A DNA stretch of 32,000 bases from Pseudoalteromonas translucida KMM 520 (GCF_001465295.1 NZ_CP011034.1:120001-152000), one strand, 5' to 3'. Shown: positions 1-13,941, counted from the stretch's first letter. The notes: generated from the sequence alone by a model not told the origin. Translations and numbers: made by a program.

Positions 1-82
1 AGTCTACTAGTACAGGCTTGTCTGATTGTAATACGTCAGCTTCAAAGCTATCGTCAGTAATTTGGATTATTTTCTCGCTCAT
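1..82 (-). CDS. trxA: Thioredoxin 1, first 27 codons only (gene runs off the left edge)
   Basis: The reverse complement from the ATG at 82-80 reads MSEKIIQITDDSFEADVLQSDKPVLVD. This resembles the E. coli TrxA N-terminus (MSDKIIHLTDDSFDTDVL..., from memory). It is divergent from rhlB, as in E. coli. It is absent from the ORF track because it is truncated. Confidence 0.75.
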   Translation of the reverse strand, partial: MSEKIIQITDDSFEADVLQSDKPVLVD

Positions 83-173
83 TGCGCTCTCCGGTTTAGT
101 TAGGCGAAATATTTAGTGCGTATTTAAACACTCTTGTTTCTTATTGCAAGTTTAAACGTTATGCTTAAACGCT

Positions 174-1451
174 ATGACTAAGACACATTTGACCGATAAA
201 AAGTTTTCAGACTTTGCTATTGCACCGGAAGTGGTTGCCGGTTTAACCGAAAGTGGGTTTGAATATTGCACACCCATTCAAGCTAAATGCCTACCTTTTA
301 TTTGTGAGGGTCGCGATATCGCAGGCCAAGCACAAACAGGTACAGGCAAAACGTTGGCGTTTTTAACTGCCACGTGCCATCGGTTATTACAATCTAGCAA
401 AGCCCCTAGTAAACATCCAAGAGCCCTGATCATGGCCCCTACAAGGGAGCTGGCGATTCAGATACACAAAGATGCAAAAATTTTAGCGCCGCACTGTAAT
501 CTTAACTTAGGTTTAGTATATGGTGGCGAAGATTACGAAAAACAACGTGCACAACTAGAAAAAGGCGTTGATATTTTAATTGGTACTACAGGTCGTTTAA
601 TTGATCTGTATAAGCAAGGCTGTTACACCCTTAATGAAATTGAGGTAGTCGTGCTTGACGAAGCAGATCGTATGTTTGATTTGGGCTTTATCAAAGATAT
701 TCGTTATATGTTCCACCGTATGCCAGATACATCAAAGCGTTTAAATTTATTATTCTCTGCAACGCTATCGTATCGTGTACAAGAACTTGCGTTTGAACAT
801 ATGACCAATCCTGAGCACGTACAAATTGAGCCAGATGTAAAAACCGGTAAACGCATTCAAGAAGAGCTATTTCATCCTTCACAAGAAGATAAAATTAAGC
901 TGCTGCTGACGTTAATTGAAGAAGAGTGGCCTGAAAAAGCCATTATCTTTGCTAACACTAAGCATAGTTGTGAAACCGTATATGCCTGGTTAAAGGCCGA
1001 TGGACATCGGGTTGGCATGCTTACTGGTGACGTAAATCAGAAAAAACGTCAATCAATTTTAGCTGAGTTTAGTAAAGGCGACTTAGACTTTTTAGTGGCG
1101 ACAGATGTTGCAGCACGTGGTCTACATATTCCTGAAGTAAGCCATGTATTTAATTTTGATTTACCAGATGATTGCGAAGATTACGTACACCGTATTGGCC
1201 GTACAGCTCGCGCTGGCGCGTCTGGTCACGCTATTAGTTTCGCATGTGAACAGTATGCTTATAACTTGCATGAAATTGAAGAGTATATAGATCACAGTAT
1301 TCCATTATCACATTACGATAAAACAGCATTACTGGATGATTTAACTAAACCTACTATTCATAGAAAGCGTAACTTTTCTACAGGTCCACGTAATCGCAGT
1401 AACAACAGCGGACGTCGCCCAAATAATAGTTATCAAAAAGGACGGTCATAA
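174..1451 (+). CDS. rhlB: ATP-dependent DEAD-box RNA helicase RhlB
   Basis: 425 aa with helicase motifs AQTGTGKT (motif I), [16 protein letters not shown] (DEAD), SAT and [10 protein letters not shown], plus a basic R/N/S-rich C-terminal tail. The trxA/rhlB/gppA neighbourhood matches E. coli. Confidence 0.9.
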   Translation: MTKTHLTDKKFSDFAIAPEVVAGLTESGFEYCTPIQAKCLPFICEGRDIAGQAQTGTGKTLAFLTATCHRLLQSSKAPSKHPRALIMAPTRELAIQIHKDAKILAPHCNLNLGLVYGGEDYEKQRAQLEKGVDILIGTTGRLIDLYKQGCYTLNEIEVVVLDEADRMFDLGFIKDIRYMFHRMPDTSKRLNLLFSATLSYRVQELAFEHMTNPEHVQIEPDVKTGKRIQEELFHPSQEDKIKLLLTLIEEEWPEKAIIFANTKHSCETVYAWLKADGHRVGMLTGDVNQKKRQSILAEFSKGDLDFLVATDVAARGLHIPEVSHVFNFDLPDDCEDYVHRIGRTARAGASGHAISFACEQYAYNLHEIEEYIDHSIPLSHYDKTALLDDLTKPTIHRKRNFSTGPRNRSNNSGRRPNNSYQKGRS

Positions 1452-1496
1452 ACGACCGTTAGTTTAACTGTAATAGTAATTAGAGGTTTTTGAACG

Positions 1497-2990
1497 GTGG
1501 GGCAACTTAAACCGCAAAAAAATGTATATGCAGTTATTGATTTAGGTTCAAATAGCTTTCATATGCTTATTGCTAAATCAATAGCTGGCGGCCTACAAAC
1601 CATAGGTCGTGTTAAACGCAAAGTAAGGTTAGCTGCAGGGCTTGATATAGACAATGTATTAAGCTCAGAAGCAATGCATAGAGGATGGGAGTGCCTAGCG
1701 TTATTTGCTGAGCGCTTACAAGACATCCCCAAACAAAACATCACTATAGTTGCCACCGCCACATTACGTTTAGCTAGTAATGCTGATGTATTTAAAGCGC
1801 AAGCAGAAAAAATCCTCGGTCATAAAGTTAATGTCATTAGCGGCGAATTAGAAGCGCGCACTATATATAAAGGCGTTGCTCATACCTCATCTTGTACCGG
1901 TAGTCAGCTTGTTATCGATATTGGTGGTGCTAGCACTGAAGTGATTATTGGTAAGAACTTTGATGCATTACTCTATAAAAGCCTGAACATCGGGTGTGTT
2001 ACCTACCTAGAGCGCTATTTTAAAGATTGCAAATTAAGCAATACAAACTTTAACACCGCAATAAAAGCCGCACGCACTGTCATTGATGAAATTGCATCAG
2101 AGTATAAAGTTAAAGGCTGGCAAGTAGCCTCAGGTGCTTCGGGTACAGTGCAAGCAATTCAAGAAATCATGATAGCGCAAAATCTAGATGAGCTATTAAC
2201 CCTTGAAAAACTCTACACTATCAAAAAGCAATCAATCGCTTATAAAACGATTACCGCATTAGACCTACCAGGGCTAAGTGAAGACCGCCGTTTAGTGTTT
2301 GTATCAGGGCTTGCCATCTTAATTGCATTATTTGAATCGCTCGAGATAGAAAAAATGGGATTAGCAGGTGGAGCACTGCGTGAAGGTGTTTTATATAGCA
2401 TGCTACCAGAGCTGCATAATAGCGATATTCGTAAGCGTACAGTCGACGGCTTTATCGATCGTTACCATGTTGATCAAAAGCAAGCTAGTCGCGTCGCCAG
2501 TCTCGTATTAAACTTAGCTTCAGAAGTAAATGAAAGCTGGCCAATAAAAGCACTTAACGGGTTGCCTTTATTAACGGCAGTTGCACAGCTACATGAAATT
2601 GGTTTATTGATAGAGTATAAGCAGTATCACAAACACAGTGCTTATATTTTAAAAAACACTGAGATGCCAGGTTTTTCGCAGTCAGAGCATAAAGTCATTG
2701 TTGCGGTAACTAAAGGGCATCGCTCTGATCTGCAAAAAGGGTATTTCGATTCGCTTGGTGCAAATAGTGTACTTGCGCAGTATTTAGTAAGACTAATACG
2801 TATAGCCGTCATTTTATGTATGCGTCGCCAAGATGATGTACTCCCTGAGTTTGCGATAACTGTTAAAGACGATGTCTTAAATCTGCAGTTTGAAAATGAC
2901 TGGTTGAAAAACCATCCATTAATGGCAAGCGAGCTGCAACAAGAATCTAAGCAGCAAGCGAAACTTGGCTGGAAGCTCATAGTAAATTAA
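1497..2990 (+). CDS. gppA: Guanosine pentaphosphate phosphohydrolase / exopolyphosphatase (Ppx/GppA family)
   Basis: 497 aa. The N-terminal AVIDLGSNSFHM and DIGGASTE motifs are typical of the actin-like ATPase fold of Ppx/GppA. It has a GTG start with a TAGAGG Shine-Dalgarno about 10 nt upstream. Its position next to rhlB favours gppA over ppx. Confidence 0.85.
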   Translation: MGQLKPQKNVYAVIDLGSNSFHMLIAKSIAGGLQTIGRVKRKVRLAAGLDIDNVLSSEAMHRGWECLALFAERLQDIPKQNITIVATATLRLASNADVFKAQAEKILGHKVNVISGELEARTIYKGVAHTSSCTGSQLVIDIGGASTEVIIGKNFDALLYKSLNIGCVTYLERYFKDCKLSNTNFNTAIKAARTVIDEIASEYKVKGWQVASGASGTVQAIQEIMIAQNLDELLTLEKLYTIKKQSIAYKTITALDLPGLSEDRRLVFVSGLAILIALFESLEIEKMGLAGGALREGVLYSMLPELHNSDIRKRTVDGFIDRYHVDQKQASRVASLVLNLASEVNESWPIKALNGLPLLTAVAQLHEIGLLIEYKQYHKHSAYILKNTEMPGFSQSEHKVIVAVTKGHRSDLQKGYFDSLGANSVLAQYLVRLIRIAVILCMRRQDDVLPEFAITVKDDVLNLQFENDWLKNHPLMASELQQESKQQAKLGWKLIVN

Positions 2991-2996
2991 CTAAAT

Positions 2997-3017
2997 AGGC
3001 CCACAAGGGCCTTTTTA
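2997..3017 (+). terminator. Rho-independent terminator after gppA
   Basis: AGGCCC-acaa-GGGCCT hairpin followed by TTTT, immediately after the gppA stop. Confidence 0.7.
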
Positions 3018-3060
3018 GTGTTTAAAATAACCACTTGGTTTAAATATCAAGCGAACAGCA

Positions 3061-3117
3061 CTTTATTTTAAGTTTTCTTTAAAAAACGCTTGCGTAAAAC
3101 TGGCTGCGCCCTATAAT
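3061..3117 (+). promoter_or_regulatory. rrn P1 promoter with A/T-rich UP element
   Basis: A/T-rich tract at 3061-3086, -35 TTGCGT (3090-3095), 16-bp spacer and -10 TATAAT (3112-3117) followed by a GC-rich discriminator. The string CCCTATAATGCGACCCCACTG closely resembles E. coli rrnB P1 (CCCTATAATGCGCCACCACTG, from memory). Confidence 0.75.
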
Positions 3118-3222
3118 GCGACCCCACTGAGACGGCAGACAGCAACGCTTAGCGAGGCAAGAGTCAATCAGTGAGTCGAGTAAAACTTAAAGTTAGATTT
3201 TTATAAAGTTTACATTTAAGTG

Positions 3223-3250
3223 TTGACAAAAAAATAGGAAAGCGTAACAT
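3223..3250 (+). promoter_or_regulatory. rrn P2 promoter
   Basis: -35 TTGACA (3223-3228), 16-bp spacer, -10 TAACAT (3245-3250), then a GCGCAGCC discriminator. The tandem P1/P2 layout is typical of gammaproteobacterial rrn operons. Confidence 0.6.
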
Positions 3251-3292
3251 GCGCAGCCCTAGCGAGATAAAGTTTTACTTTATTGTCGCAAC

Positions 3293-3304
3293 GTTCTTTA
3301 ACAA
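3293..3304 (+). promoter_or_regulatory. boxA antitermination element in the rrn leader (a second boxA-like copy, TGCTCTTTAAAAA, lies at 5176-5188 in the spacer)
   Basis: GTTCTTTAACAA compared with the E. coli boxA consensus TGCTCTTTAACAA. It lies downstream of P2, where expected. Confidence 0.7.
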
Positions 3305-3311
3305 TATAAAG

Positions 3312-3330
3312 CAATCATCTGTGTGGGCAC
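3312..3330 (+). other. 5' half of the 16S processing (RNase III) stem
   Basis: CAATCATCTGTGTGGGCAC is complementary to GTGTCCACACAGATGATTG at 5120-5138 (19 bp, including one G-U pair). The two halves bracket the 16S gene. Confidence 0.8.
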
Positions 3331-3558
3331 TCGTACAGATTGAGTTCTAACAGCCAAACTTAGTTCGCTAAGTAAGGCAAACAAATTAGAGTCTCAATTG
3401 AAACTGAGTGACCATATGTTATTAAAAGATTCAGCCTTGAGCTGTTTTGATTTTACTTTTTTTAAAAGTGAAAATAATAACGCACAGTCAATTCGTTTTT
3501 GGCAACAAAAACAAAAAATTCAGAATTCATTGAGCTGTCGAAAGACATAAAACTTTTT

Positions 3559-5093
<1,535 letters not shown>

Positions 5094-5119
5094 TACGATT
5101 TAGAACTTATTTGTTCGTA

Positions 5120-5138
5120 GTGTCCACACAGATGATTG
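5120..5138 (+). other. 3' half of the 16S processing stem
   Basis: Complementary to 3312-3330 (see that feature). Confidence 0.8.
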
Positions 5139-5320
5139 TTAATTAGTGCTTGTCCTTCGGGATAACTAATTAATATGCTCTTTAAAAATTTGGAAAAGCT
5201 GATAATAAAATTCTGATAGATACATTGTATTTATCAAGAGTTTTCAAAAGTAAAAAAAAGAATGGTAGCAGTACCATTCAGTGCCATTTAGTTAACTCTT
5301 ATGAGTTGATTGATTGGTAT

Positions 5321-5392
5321 CTACTTTAGTATTCAATATTGACTTCTGGCGAAGTTAAACTGTCACACAACAAAGACCCGTTTGGGTTGTAT
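5321..5392 (+). other. 5' strand of the 23S processing duplex
   Basis: AACTGTCACA (5358-5367) pairs perfectly with TGTGACAGTT (8302-8311). CTACTTTAGTATTCAATATTGACTTC pairs with GAAGTTAATATTGCTAAAGTAG (8319-8340). A more distal pairing joins 5187-5207 with 8367-8389. Confidence 0.7.
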
Positions 5393-8281
<2,889 letters not shown>

Positions 8282-8340
8282 ACAACGCCAAACGCGTTTT
8301 ATGTGACAGTTCAAGCAAGAAGTTAATATTGCTAAAGTAG
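8282..8340 (+). other. 3' strand of the 23S processing duplex
   Basis: Complementary to 5321-5392 (see that feature). Confidence 0.7.
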
Positions 8341-8426
8341 ATATTACTGACAGAAAACTTAAAAAATATTATCAGATATTTTCCAAATTCAGTTAATTTG
8401 TAGTAATACGAATTAACGCCCTAATT

Positions 8427-8544
8427 TGCTTGGTAACAATAGCGTTTTGGACCCACCTGACCCCATGCCGAACTCAGTAGTGAAACGAAACAGCGCCGAT
8501 GATAGTGTAGCATTTGCTATGTGAAAGTAGGACATTGCCAGGCT
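8427..8544 (+). rRNA. rrf: 5S ribosomal RNA
   Basis: Contains CCCACCTGACCCCATGCCGAACTCAG..GTGAAAC..AGCGCCGATG.TAGTGT, matching the 5S core. Helix I forms between 8428-8436 and 8535-8543, with two G-U pairs. Confidence 0.93.
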
Positions 8545-8556
8545 CCAAATTGTAGA

Positions 8557-8587
8557 AAGCCCGAATCTAACGATTCGGGCTTTTTTA
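8557..8587 (+). terminator. rrn operon Rho-independent terminator
   Basis: GCCCGAATC-taac-GATTCGGGC hairpin followed by TTTTTT. It lies between the convergent 5S and tmcA genes and could serve both directions. Confidence 0.9.
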
Positions 8588-8617
8588 CGTCTGCGGAAAA
8601 GTGAAAGGCTAAAAGCC

Positions 8618-10687
8618 TTATGAAGAAAGTTGCTTTGCGAGTATATGTGTTGTGTTTTTAAACTGTTGTTCTAATTGTTTTTTGCCGCTGAGATTTAAAT
8701 TTTTAATAAGTTGTTCATCGGTATGATGTTGTAAAACTGTTTGAATTAAAAGTTGCTGTTGATTGCTTGTTAACTTAGTCATTGCAGCAGGGCTTTGGCT
8801 AATTAAACGCCAGAGAGTGGGTGAAATAGTAAAGCGGTTACTGCTGAGTTGCTGTGTAAATAACCTTAACGTATCAGAAGCTATTACCTCATCATTAAAT
8901 GAGCGCAGTAATGTGCTAACCAATTGCCATTCTAATGACTTAAAGTGGCTTAATAGGCCATAAAACAGCTCGTATTGAAACTGCTTAATCAGTGACTGTA
9001 AACTTTGCTGTGGTGCATTAAGTGATTTAACAACGAGTGTTGCGTGCTCAGCAGTGCTTTTGTCGCGCTGGTAACCTAATTTAACAGCATTAAAGCCTAG
9101 GTTTTGCCAAAAATTTAGCAATTGTGCAGTGGCACCAAAACTAGCACCAAACCAAGTACATTGTTCTTTTACTTGTGACTCGCTATAGCCCAGTAATGCT
9201 TTTCCTAGGCCACAATTATGTGAGCTTGGATCAATTGCAATACGCACAACTCGCGCACTTAAATGAGTTAAGAAATCACTGCTAAAGCTCAGTTGTGCAA
9301 GTGTTTGCGCCATTAAATGCCCTTGTGGGCGGCGCTCACCACTTATAACTTGCTCGGTAAGTTCAGGGCTTAAACCGCCTTCTATCGCGATTAAACATAC
9401 ACCTACTAATTGCTTGTTTATTTTGCTTATAAATATGCGTTGCGATGGTGAATCTAACAACTGGCGTAAATCATTCACACTACTTTGATAATGAGCAAGT
9501 GCTAGTAAAGCAATGACTTGGCACAGTAGTGCTTCATCATTTATGAGTTGTTGTTGAGTTACTTCACTATGCTTAGGAATCTGCGACTTATTGCTATTAG
9601 TTTCTTGATACTGTGCATCAAGTGCTAATAAACTGCGAATATGCTGCTCAAGAGGGTCGTGCTTAGCAAAGCGTAATGGCTCATCAAGAGTAATTACTTT
9701 AGAGGCTTTATACTGGTTTTTAATATATTGGCTAAAGCGAATTGTATAGCCTCTACCATTGCCTTCATAACCCACTAAGGTGCTTGCAAATACAATGCGA
9801 GGATAATGCGCTAACATACTTAATAACATAGGCACTGGAATAGCAGCAGCTTCATCTACTAAGAGTACATCACACTTGGGGAGCTCATTTAACAGAGCGT
9901 CTGGTGCAATATATTGCATGTTAGCAAGCTGTTTTTGTAATGGATCGTAATTAACATTTAGCTGTGCAGCTAAGTGTTTAAAGCTGCTGTGTGTTGCTCT
10001 AAATTGAGTAGCGCAAATAATTACATTTTTATCAGCTAATTCTGCGGCTGCTAAGCCTAATGCGGCTGACTTTCCTCGGCCCCTATCTGCATTGATCAGT
10101 AGTGGCCTATTGGCGCGTCCATGAGCTAATTTTACTATTTGTGCTACGCAGTTTTTCTGCGGTTCAAAATCAATACTAGTGTGCAGTGCGTAGTTATAAT
10201 TATTATTGATGCAGCCAAATTCTTCACTGTAATGCAAGGCCGGTAAGCTTTTAATAATAGAGCTGAAACGCTGATTGAATAAACTATATTGATTGCTGTG
10301 GCCATGAGACTGGACACTTTTTAATGCGGGATCTTGCCAGTTATTTAGGTTACCCAGCTCAGGAAGTAATACAAACAATACTCCACCAGCTCTAACGGTA
10401 CCTGCAATTGCGGCCAACTTATCGGGGTATAAGCCACTAAAGCCATCGTAAATGGCGTGGGTAAATTCTTGTCCTAATATTTGGTGAATGTGTGCAGGCC
10501 ATTGAGCATTTTTAAGTGCACAATGTTTAGATAGAGTAAGTGTATTGGTATTTTGTACTAGTGAGTTTGTCAGCTCATAGCACCAATTGTCATTGCCAGT
10601 AACAAGCACTAGCTGGCGGTGATGCGCGCCAGCTAATTGTTGCTCTAGTTGTATGAGCTGCTTTTTATATAGCTTGTAGTCTTGCAT
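8618..10687 (-). CDS. tmcA: tRNA(Met) cytidine acetyltransferase TmcA (helicase-like ATPase plus GNAT domain)
   Basis: 689 aa with a Walker A motif (ADRGRGKSAALG), VDEAAAIPVP and GYEGNGRG blocks, and a C-terminal GNAT region (RIAIDPSSHNCGLGKALL). These match the E. coli TmcA/YpfI architecture from memory. Its start overlaps the uvrD stop by 23 nt. Confidence 0.85.
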   Translation of the reverse strand: MQDYKLYKKQLIQLEQQLAGAHHRQLVLVTGNDNWCYELTNSLVQNTNTLTLSKHCALKNAQWPAHIHQILGQEFTHAIYDGFSGLYPDKLAAIAGTVRAGGVLFVLLPELGNLNNWQDPALKSVQSHGHSNQYSLFNQRFSSIIKSLPALHYSEEFGCINNNYNYALHTSIDFEPQKNCVAQIVKLAHGRANRPLLINADRGRGKSAALGLAAAELADKNVIICATQFRATHSSFKHLAAQLNVNYDPLQKQLANMQYIAPDALLNELPKCDVLLVDEAAAIPVPMLLSMLAHYPRIVFASTLVGYEGNGRGYTIRFSQYIKNQYKASKVITLDEPLRFAKHDPLEQHIRSLLALDAQYQETNSNKSQIPKHSEVTQQQLINDEALLCQVIALLALAHYQSSVNDLRQLLDSPSQRIFISKINKQLVGVCLIAIEGGLSPELTEQVISGERRPQGHLMAQTLAQLSFSSDFLTHLSARVVRIAIDPSSHNCGLGKALLGYSESQVKEQCTWFGASFGATAQLLNFWQNLGFNAVKLGYQRDKSTAEHATLVVKSLNAPQQSLQSLIKQFQYELFYGLLSHFKSLEWQLVSTLLRSFNDEVIASDTLRLFTQQLSSNRFTISPTLWRLISQSPAAMTKLTSNQQQLLIQTVLQHHTDEQLIKNLNLSGKKQLEQQFKNTTHILAKQLSS

Positions 10688-12830
10688 ATGCCGTTACTAA
10701 CCACTTACTACCTAAATCATCAAAGTTGACTTGTACGCGAGATTGCGCACCCGCACCTTCGTAATTAAGTACTGTACCAATACCAAATTTAGCATGCAGT
10801 ACACGTTGCCCCAAGTTAAAGCCGCTATCTTCAAATGCAGCGTGACTAACTGATGCGCTAAAACGCCCTGCAGCGGGTGGTCGAGATACTTGGGTTTTAA
10901 TACGAATTTCTTCAACACAGTCCTCAGGAATTTCCCGTAAAAAGCGCGATGGTGTATGGTATTTTTCTTGTCCGTATAAACGACGGCTTTCGGCATGGCT
11001 AATATATAGTTTATCCATAGCTCGGGTCATACCTACATAACAAAGGCGGCGTTCTTCTTCTAAACGGCCAGACTCTTCATTACTTTGTTGAGAAGGGAAC
11101 ATACCTTCTTCTACGCCAACCATAAACACTAACGGAAATTCTAAACCTTTAGCTGAGTGCAGTGTCATCATCTGTACAGCGTCTTCGTGCTCTTCTGCTT
11201 GTCCTTCACCAGATTCAAGCGAGGTATGCGCTAAAAAGCCTTGTAGAGGAGAGCTATATTCTTCTTCCTCAGGCAATTCGTACTGATCGCAAGCGCTAAT
11301 AAGCTCTTCTAAGTTTTCTACTCGGGCACGGCCTTTTTCACCTTTTTCGGCTTGGTACATTGCCATTAGCCCAGAGGTTTGAATAACGTACTTAGCTTGC
11401 TCATGTAGCGTTAAATCGCTAATTTTATCTTCAATATGCTCTACTAGTTCGACAAATTTACTTACTGCACCAGAGGCGCGGCCAGATAAATGTTGTTGCT
11501 CTACAATTGCTTTTGCTGCATACCAAAGTGGTAACGATTCGGCGCGTGCACAGTCGCGTATATGGCTTAGCGTTTTATCGCCAATACCACGAGCTGGAGT
11601 ATTAATTACTCGCTCAAATGCAGCATCGTCTTGACGGTTACCTATTATGCGTAAGTACGACAGGGCGTCTTTAATTTCTTGGCGTTCGAAGAATCGCATG
11701 CCGCCATAAATACGATACTTTAGGCCTTCTTGTAGCATGGCTTCTTCGAGTACACGTGATTGCGCATTACTTCTATATAAAATAGCCGCATCTTGCAGCG
11801 CATTGCCGGCATTTAACCAACTACGCAGTTTACTGCTTACAAAACGCGCTTCGTCTAGCTCGTTAAATGCGGCGTAAATAGAAATAGGTTCGCCCTCGTT
11901 ACCGTCGGTCCATAAGCTTTTACCCATACGCTCTGAGTTATTTTGGATCAGGGCATTTGAGGCTTTTAATATAGTGGCGGTAGAGCGGTAGTTTTGCTCA
12001 AGGCGAATGGTCTCTGCGCTAAAGTCAGTTAAAAAACGTTTAATATTTTCTATTTTTGCACCGCGCCAACCATAAATACTTTGATCGTCATCGCCAACAA
12101 TCATAATACTATTGGAGTCGCCAGCAAGTAGTTTTAACCATGCGTATTGTATGGTGTTGGTGTCTTGAAACTCGTCTACTAACATGTGTGCAAAGCGCTG
12201 TTGATAATGGCGCAGTAGTGTAGGGTTGTTTTTGAGTACTTCGTAGCTGCGCAGTAGTATTTCGGCAAAATCGACTAAGCCTGCTCTGTCGCATGCTTCT
12301 TGATACGCCGCGTACACGCGCAGCATCATTTGCTCGTTAATATCGTAGGCTTGAATATCTTTAGGGCGAAGTGCTTCATCTTTTTTAGCGCTTATGTACC
12401 AACCAAACTGTTTAGCGGGCCATTTTTTATCATCAATATTCATCGATTTTAATAAGCGTTTGATCATACGTAGCTGATCGTCTGAGTCTAAAATTTGAAA
12501 TGCTTCGGGTAATTTTGCTTCACGGTGGTGCGCGCGTAAAATACGGTGCGATAAACCATGGAAAGTACCAATCCACATACCACCAACCGGCGCTTTTAGC
12601 GTCTCCTCAACGCGAGTACGCATTTCTTTAGCTGCTTTATTAGTAAAGGTAACCGCAAAAATACTATACGCTGAGGCTTGCTCAACTTGCATTAGCCAAG
12701 CAATACGATGAACCAACACTCGTGTTTTACCAGACCCAGCACCTGCTAATACCAGCATGTTTTGTAGTGGGGCTGCAACGGCATCGCGTTGTTTGTCGTT
12801 TAAGCCATCGAGTAATTGTGAAACGTCCAT
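10665..12830 (-). CDS. uvrD: DNA helicase II UvrD
   Basis: 721 aa. It is near-collinear with E. coli UvrD (720 aa): MDVSQLLDGLNDKQRDAVAAP..., AGAGSGKTRVLVHRIAWL, VDEFQDTN, IVGDDDQSIYGWRGA, LEQNYRS, and a C-terminus ending in KWLV.AYARL. Confidence 0.95.
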   Translation of the reverse strand: MDVSQLLDGLNDKQRDAVAAPLQNMLVLAGAGSGKTRVLVHRIAWLMQVEQASAYSIFAVTFTNKAAKEMRTRVEETLKAPVGGMWIGTFHGLSHRILRAHHREAKLPEAFQILDSDDQLRMIKRLLKSMNIDDKKWPAKQFGWYISAKKDEALRPKDIQAYDINEQMMLRVYAAYQEACDRAGLVDFAEILLRSYEVLKNNPTLLRHYQQRFAHMLVDEFQDTNTIQYAWLKLLAGDSNSIMIVGDDDQSIYGWRGAKIENIKRFLTDFSAETIRLEQNYRSTATILKASNALIQNNSERMGKSLWTDGNEGEPISIYAAFNELDEARFVSSKLRSWLNAGNALQDAAILYRSNAQSRVLEEAMLQEGLKYRIYGGMRFFERQEIKDALSYLRIIGNRQDDAAFERVINTPARGIGDKTLSHIRDCARAESLPLWYAAKAIVEQQHLSGRASGAVSKFVELVEHIEDKISDLTLHEQAKYVIQTSGLMAMYQAEKGEKGRARVENLEELISACDQYELPEEEEYSSPLQGFLAHTSLESGEGQAEEHEDAVQMMTLHSAKGLEFPLVFMVGVEEGMFPSQQSNEESGRLEEERRLCYVGMTRAMDKLYISHAESRRLYGQEKYHTPSRFLREIPEDCVEEIRIKTQVSRPPAAGRFSASVSHAAFEDSGFNLGQRVLHAKFGIGTVLNYEGAGAQSRVQVNFDDLGSKWLVTAYARLQAI

Positions 12831-12894
12831 CGTTACGCCTTTTTAATCAATAATGCGGGCAGTATAGCAGGTGTTTTTGTTAGGCTAAATAAAA

Positions 12895-12914
12895 TACTGT
12901 TTTTATACACAGCT
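12895..12914. promoter_or_regulatory. LexA (SOS) box upstream of uvrD
   Basis: TACTGTTTTTATACACAGCT fits CTGT-N8-ACAG within the 20-nt consensus TACTG(TA)5CAGTA. It lies 65-84 nt upstream of the uvrD ATG. E. coli uvrD is a known SOS gene with a similar box. Confidence 0.7.
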
Positions 12915-13143
12915 ATTCATAAAATTATGTTCTAAACTAGTAGCTTGATAGCAAATCAAAAACGAAAAAGGTTAAAAAGATATAATAAAAATTGCTAATT
13001 TGACCTCAATTTAGCAAAAATCACCACAGCGTTAAACTGATAAAAATACAACTATATGATTTGTAACATTTATTAAATTGGCATAGAGTGTGTAAGTAAT
13101 TCTATAGCTAAAATATAAAATTAAATAAACTACAGAGGTTAGT

Positions 13144-13362
13144 ATGTCAGGACAAGGTTCAGGCGGTAACGTAATCGCAGCATTATGTAATATATTTTTC
13201 CCGGGTTTAGGGCAGTTAGTGCAAGGGCGTATTCTTGCCGCGCTTATATTCGCTATATTATTTTTTGGTGGTGCGGCATTATGGTTTTTAATTGTGCCAG
13301 GAATAATTGCCGCTATTGTATATGTTTGGGCAATTATTGATGCAGCACGTTATAGATCGTGA
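13144..13362 (+). CDS. Small (72 aa) two-TM membrane protein, function unknown
   Basis: AGAGGT Shine-Dalgarno 5 nt upstream of the ATG. Two hydrophobic helices carry FPGLGQ and WAIIDA motifs, which recur in small bacterial membrane proteins. A strong terminator follows. Confidence 0.6.
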   Translation: MSGQGSGGNVIAALCNIFFPGLGQLVQGRILAALIFAILFFGGAALWFLIVPGIIAAIVYVWAIIDAARYRS

Positions 13363-13385
13363 CGTAATTAATATTAAAGCTTTAT

Positions 13386-13417
13386 AAAATAGCGCCTTTT
13401 GGCGCTATTTTGCTTTT
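13386..13417 (+). terminator. Rho-independent terminator
   Basis: AAAATAGCGCC-tttt-GGCGCTATTTT hairpin followed by GCTTTTT. Confidence 0.85.
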
Positions 13418-13476
13418 TAGCGTCTGCTGCTATTTACGTATATAATTGCGCAACTAACGATTTAAAAGCGATACGT

Positions 13477-13845
13477 ATGGAATATCAATTTATTCGCGAT
13501 CCAATTAGCGGATTACGCATTAAAATAAGTAGCGAGCATGCCATAATTGGCCGCTGGTTAAACGAAGAAATAGGCAAAGATAAAATAGCTATGGTGCAAG
13601 CGCTTATTGCATCGGTGAGTTCAAGCTTTGAGCCTTTAACACTAAAAGGCCAAGAAATAGATTTAATTTTAACGAAAGACGAAGCCCTATTTGAAGCCCA
13701 TGCTCTGCACCAAGACAGTGAAGATCTTATGGCTTACCAAGACGACGATTTAGCGCTTGAAGAAAATGGCCTAAGCAGTGGTTGTGGTTTTGAAGATTTT
13801 ATAGACCTAATAAACTCATGGCATGAGTTTACGACTTCAAGATAA
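13477..13845 (+). CDS. yacL: UPF0231 family protein YacL
   Basis: From the internal ATG it reads MEYQFIRDP...IIGRWLNEEI...SSGCGFEDF, resembling E. coli YacL (MDYEFLRD...GHWFNEE...SLCGVEDF, from memory) at about 120 aa. The ORF-track start at 13399 lies inside the upstream terminator hairpin, so it was rejected. Confidence 0.7.
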   Translation: MEYQFIRDPISGLRIKISSEHAIIGRWLNEEIGKDKIAMVQALIASVSSSFEPLTLKGQEIDLILTKDEALFEAHALHQDSEDLMAYQDDDLALEENGLSSGCGFEDFIDLINSWHEFTTSR

Positions 13846-13941
13846 ACATAACTAGAAAATATACAGCAATGCACAACAAGCATTTTATCTGTATTATTAC
13901 ACCAATGAAAATTTAGCTAATCAAAAATGACAGGAATTGAT

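Noticed and set aside
1441-1460. Hairpin ACGGTC-ataaac-GACCGT spanning the rhlB stop codon, as a possible attenuator between rhlB and gppA
   Set aside because: It has only a 6-bp stem and no following T tract. It is too weak to call a terminator without transcript data.
13399-13476. N-terminal 26 codons of the ORF-track version of yacL
   Set aside because: The proposed start lies inside the terminator hairpin of the upstream gene. The family-typical N-terminus (MEYQFIRD) begins at the ATG at 13477.
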